From Candidatus Pacebacteria bacterium CG2_30_36_39 (GTDB taxonomy: Bacteria > Patescibacteriota > Microgenomatia > UBA1400 > PJMF01): a DNA stretch of 64,000 nt. The stretch's first letter is position 1. Each line of letters opens with the position of its first letter. The stretch spans positions 137,789 through 201,788 of the forward strand of contig MNZB01000003.1 of NCBI GenBank assembly GCA_001873435.1, written 5' to 3'. The notes under the pieces were generated by a model, which worked only from the letters and a program-made list of their open reading frames with translations, had not been told where the DNA came from and did no database searches. This document shows positions 60,594 to 64,000 of this stretch, piece after piece. The position numbers and the translations under genes are program-made.

Positions 60594-63572
60594 TTATTTT
60601 TTTTGAGCGGCGAACTCTGATTTGAGATATTGGCCAGTAAAAGAATTTGTAATTTGAGCTAGTTCTTGTGGTGAACCAGTTGCAATGATTTCACCACCAT
60701 ATTCCCCACCCTCTGGTCCCAAATCAATGATCCAGTCGGCATTTTTAATAACATCGAGATTGTGTTCGATTAAAACAACTGTATTATTTTGAGAAACCAA
60801 TTGATGTAAAACAAAAAGTAACTTTTGTACGTCAGCAAAATGTAGACCGGTGGTTGGCTCATCTAATAAGTAAACTACGTGGTCATTGGTGCGTAAACTT
60901 AATTCACGAGCTAATTTAACACGTTGGGCTTCTCCACCACTCAAAGTTGGAGCTGGTTGTCCTAGTTCCAAATATCCCAAACCGACTTCGACTAGGGTTT
61001 GGAGTTTTTGCTTTAAGTTGCTATTGGTTTTGAAAAATTCTAAAGCATCTTCAATGCTTAATTTAAGAATTTCAGCAATGTTTTTGCCCTTGTATAAAAC
61101 TTGTAGTGTTTCTTCATTATATCGTTGGCCATTGCAGACATCACAAGTAACATAAACATCTGGTAAAAACTGCATTTCAATCTTAATTTGTCCATCTCCT
61201 TGGCAGGTTTCACAGCGTCCACCTTTGACGTTAAAACTAAACCTACCGGGATTATAACCACGAATATGAGCTTCTTGGGTATTGGCAAAAATTTTACGAA
61301 TGTAATCAAAAATCTTGGTATAAGTAGCTGGATTGGAGCGAGGTGTTTTGCCAATAGGACTCTGATCAATTAATGAGACTCTACGGACAACATCTGGAAT
61401 CATAACTTGCTGTACTGAGCCAGCATAATTTTCAGTTTTACGTTCCAAGTGTTTCATTAGTTGGTGATAGAGAGTGTCGTGAAGCAAAGTAGATTTGCCG
61501 CTGCCAGAGAGGCCAGTAATACAGTTTAAAGAATTAAGTGGAAAGTCTACGTCAATGTTTTTAAGATTATGATGAGTTGCACCACGAAGCTGAATAGCTC
61601 CAGAGTGACCTTTAACTTTAGCAGTTTCATCTGGGTCAATGATTTTTCTTGTTACTTCTTTTTCTCTAGTTACGTCTTTTTTACGAGATAAGTATTTACC
61701 AGTTATAGAGCTGGGTAATTTCATTATCTCTTCTGGAGTGCCTTCGGCAATGATTGAACCTCCATGTTTGCCAGCTCCAGGTCCAAAGTCAAAAATGTAA
61801 TCAGAAGACAACATTACATCGCGGTCATGTTCAACTACGATAACGGTGTTACCTTGATTTTTGAGGTTTTGTAAAGTTTCAACTAAACGATCATTGTCTC
61901 TAGGATGCAAGCCAATAGTTGGTTCATCTAAAATATATAAAACCCCAGTTAGGCCGGTACCAATTTGTGAGGCTAGGCGAATACGCTGAGCTTCTCCTCC
62001 AGCTAGAGTTGAGGCTTCACGACTGAGTGATAAATAATTCAAACCAACTGAAGTTAAGAAACGAAGACGAGCCACAATTTCTTTTAAGATTGGTTTACTA
62101 ATTTCTATTTCTTTATTAGAAAGTTTCTTTTCTAGTTGTAAGGCATCTGACCAATCTAGTGCGCGCTGAATTGTCATTCCAGTTACATCAGCAATATTTT
62201 TTTGATCGATTTTAACTGCTAGCGAAGCTGGTTTGAGACGAAGGCCTTTACAATCTGGACAAGTTTCTTTGTGCATGAATTGTTCAATTTCCTTGCGGAT
62301 ATAGTCACTGTCTGTTTCTTGATAGCGTCTTTCTAGGTTGGTGATAAAGCCTTCAAATTTTTCTTGGATTAAAGTTTCCTTGCCAAAACGGTTTTCACCA
62401 GTAACGGTATAAATTTTAGGCGAGCCGTAAAGTAAAGTTTTTTGGAATTCTTCACTCATTTCTTCATAGGTGGTTTTGCGGAAGTCATAGCCATTTTCAA
62501 TTACTACTGTTTGGACAAGTCTGGCCCACCAAGTGTCATTGCTCATAGTGCGAGCAAAGGGAATAATGGCTCCTTCGCTAAGAGTTAAACTTGGGGCAAT
62601 GATTTTTTCAGAGTTAACTCTTAAAAGAGATCCAAGTCCATTACAAGTAGCACAGGCTCCTTCTGGTGCGTTGAAAGAAAATATTCTTGGCTCAAGTTCT
62701 TTAATAGAAATCCCGCAATGACTACAAGCTAGTTTTTCACTAAAAAGATAATCTTCCATGTTTTTTGGTTTGTCTGGAAAATTAAGTGAGTCATCATTAA
62801 TGAAACTAGCTACAACTAGACCGGCAGAAAGTTTTAAGGCTTCTTCTATGGTTTGTGATAAACGTGATTTTAGAGTTTTCATTTCTTGTTTGTCGCGGAG
62901 TTGTTTTTTGGAAAAACTCAAGCGATCAAGAATTGCTTCAATAGTGTGTTTATTGGTTTTTAGTAAAGAAATATTTTCATTTAAATCAAAGACTTCTCCA
63001 TCAATACGCACTCTGCTATATCCTTGCTTTTGCAAGTTATTAAACATTGAGGAGAACTCACCTTTGCGATTTTGAATAACTGGAGAAAGGATCATGAATC
63101 GAGTTGGTTGAGCATCAGCTTTTTCTTCCAATTTATTTACGATTTGACCAATAATTTGGTCGATGCTTTGAGTGCTAACTTCACGACCACATTCTGGACA
63201 ATGAGGATGACCAATGCGAGCAAAAAGTAAGCGTAAATAATCATAGATTTCTGTGATGGTGCCAACTGTAGAACGAGGGTTGTGTGAAGTAGTTTTTTGG
63301 TCAATAGAAATAGCTGGAGATAATCCTTGGATTTGGTCAACATCAGGTTTCTGCATGATGCCCAAAAACTGTCTGGCATAAGAACTCAATGATTCCACGT
63401 ATCGACGTTGGCCCTCCGCGTAGAGAGTGTCGAAGGCTAAGGATGTTTTGCCACTGCCAGAAAGGCCGGTAAAAACTACTAGCTGATTTTTAGGAATTGA
63501 GAGCGAGACATTTTTTAAGTTGTGTTCACGAGCTCCAGAGATAATGATGTGGTCCAAAGAAGTTTTAAGCAT
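60594..63572 (-). CDS. uvrA: Excinuclease ABC subunit UvrA
   Basis: Two GLSGSGK Walker A motifs, Zn fingers, LSGGEAQR. Confidence 0.99.
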   Translation of the reverse strand: MLKTSLDHIIISGAREHNLKNVSLSIPKNQLVVFTGLSGSGKTSLAFDTLYAEGQRRYVESLSSYARQFLGIMQKPDVDQIQGLSPAISIDQKTTSHNPRSTVGTITEIYDYLRLLFARIGHPHCPECGREVSTQSIDQIIGQIVNKLEEKADAQPTRFMILSPVIQNRKGEFSSMFNNLQKQGYSRVRIDGEVFDLNENISLLKTNKHTIEAILDRLSFSKKQLRDKQEMKTLKSRLSQTIEEALKLSAGLVVASFINDDSLNFPDKPKNMEDYLFSEKLACSHCGISIKELEPRIFSFNAPEGACATCNGLGSLLRVNSEKIIAPSLTLSEGAIIPFARTMSNDTWWARLVQTVVIENGYDFRKTTYEEMSEEFQKTLLYGSPKIYTVTGENRFGKETLIQEKFEGFITNLERRYQETDSDYIRKEIEQFMHKETCPDCKGLRLKPASLAVKIDQKNIADVTGMTIQRALDWSDALQLEKKLSNKEIEISKPILKEIVARLRFLTSVGLNYLSLSREASTLAGGEAQRIRLASQIGTGLTGVLYILDEPTIGLHPRDNDRLVETLQNLKNQGNTVIVVEHDRDVMLSSDYIFDFGPGAGKHGGSIIAEGTPEEIMKLPSSITGKYLSRKKDVTREKEVTRKIIDPDETAKVKGHSGAIQLRGATHHNLKNIDVDFPLNSLNCITGLSGSGKSTLLHDTLYHQLMKHLERKTENYAGSVQQVMIPDVVRRVSLIDQSPIGKTPRSNPATYTKIFDYIRKIFANTQEAHIRGYNPGRFSFNVKGGRCETCQGDGQIKIEMQFLPDVYVTCDVCNGQRYNEETLQVLYKGKNIAEILKLSIEDALEFFKTNSNLKQKLQTLVEVGLGYLELGQPAPTLSGGEAQRVKLARELSLRTNDHVVYLLDEPTTGLHFADVQKLLFVLHQLVSQNNTVVLIEHNLDVIKNADWIIDLGPEGGEYGGEIIATGSPQELAQITNSFTGQYLKSEFAAQKK

Positions 63573-63650
63573 AATTTTTTTGTCTTAAAAACGAGGAGCT
63601 ATTATACCTCAGATTCGGTTATATTTCGAGTATGGGAGTAGTAAAAAAGA

Positions 63651-64000
63651 TTACTGTTTTAAATCTTGGATTATGTCTCTTAATTCAGCAGCTAATTCAA
63701 AATCAAGATCAACGGCTGCGCGACGCATTTTTAAATCAAGTTTTTTAATATATTGCTCTTTTTCATCAGGGGTTAAGGAGTCTGGTTTGAGATCTTGTAG
63801 ATTAACAAACTCATTTTTTTTGAGTTGGATTACTCTACCCTTTCTTTTATGGGCAGCTATTTCTGTACCTTCCTCATCTTCTTCTTTTAGTAATAGTTTT
63901 TCACGAATTGGTTTTTGAATTCCAGTTGGGGTGATGTTGTATTGTAAGTTGTAAGCGACTTGAACTTCTCGGCGTCTTTGTGTTTCTTCAATAGATTTTC
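63651..64000 (-). CDS. uvrB: Excinuclease ABC subunit UvrB, 3' end (partial)
   Basis: Manual translation KSIEETQRRREVQVAYN...MRRAAVDLDFELAAELRDII matches the UvrB C-terminus and UVR domain. Confidence 0.92.
   Translation of the reverse strand, partial: KSIEETQRRREVQVAYNLQYNITPTGIQKPIREKLLLKEEDEEGTEIAAHKRKGRVIQLKKNEFVNLQDLKPDSLTPDEKEQYIKKLDLKMRRAAVDLDFELAAELRDIIQDLKQ

Overview
This 64-kb window is AT-rich core chromosome from a Patescibacteria (CPR) bacterium, most likely Microgenomates/OP11. The 16S signatures, FKBP-less trigger factor, short PheT and DUF5660 support this, and genetic code 11 is used. It carries translation genes (rpmF-nusB-acp-like-rnc, rpsP-khpA, infC-rpmI-rplT, pheST, tyrS, tig, mnmA) and type IV pilus genes (pilM/N/O, pilX-like). 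It also has cell-wall genes (PBP1A, FemAB), gap/tpiA/pyrH, repair genes (recG, pcrA, uvrBA, uvrC-like), lon, and a ~10-kb surface glycosylation cluster (PMT, GT2, GT-C, GT4, DUF2298). RNA genes are tRNA-Val, tRNA-Ile and a stand-alone 16S rRNA with its own promoter, processing stem and terminator. I saw no CRISPR array, IS element or prophage. The best candidate for an undescribed system is at 53254-56448. A 7TM protein ending in EEEE is followed by an ATP-grasp Glu-ligase fused to a catalytically dead RimB-like protease, then a DUF1704/MATCAP-like carboxypeptidase. This looks like a reversible C-terminal glutamylation module. Other signals: pervasive leaderless gene starts, a Ser-less ACP, CIRCE-spaced palindromes, decoding-centre changes in the 16S, a dual-coding uvrC overlap and a GC-skew flip. 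All calls come from reading motifs by eye; no searches were run.
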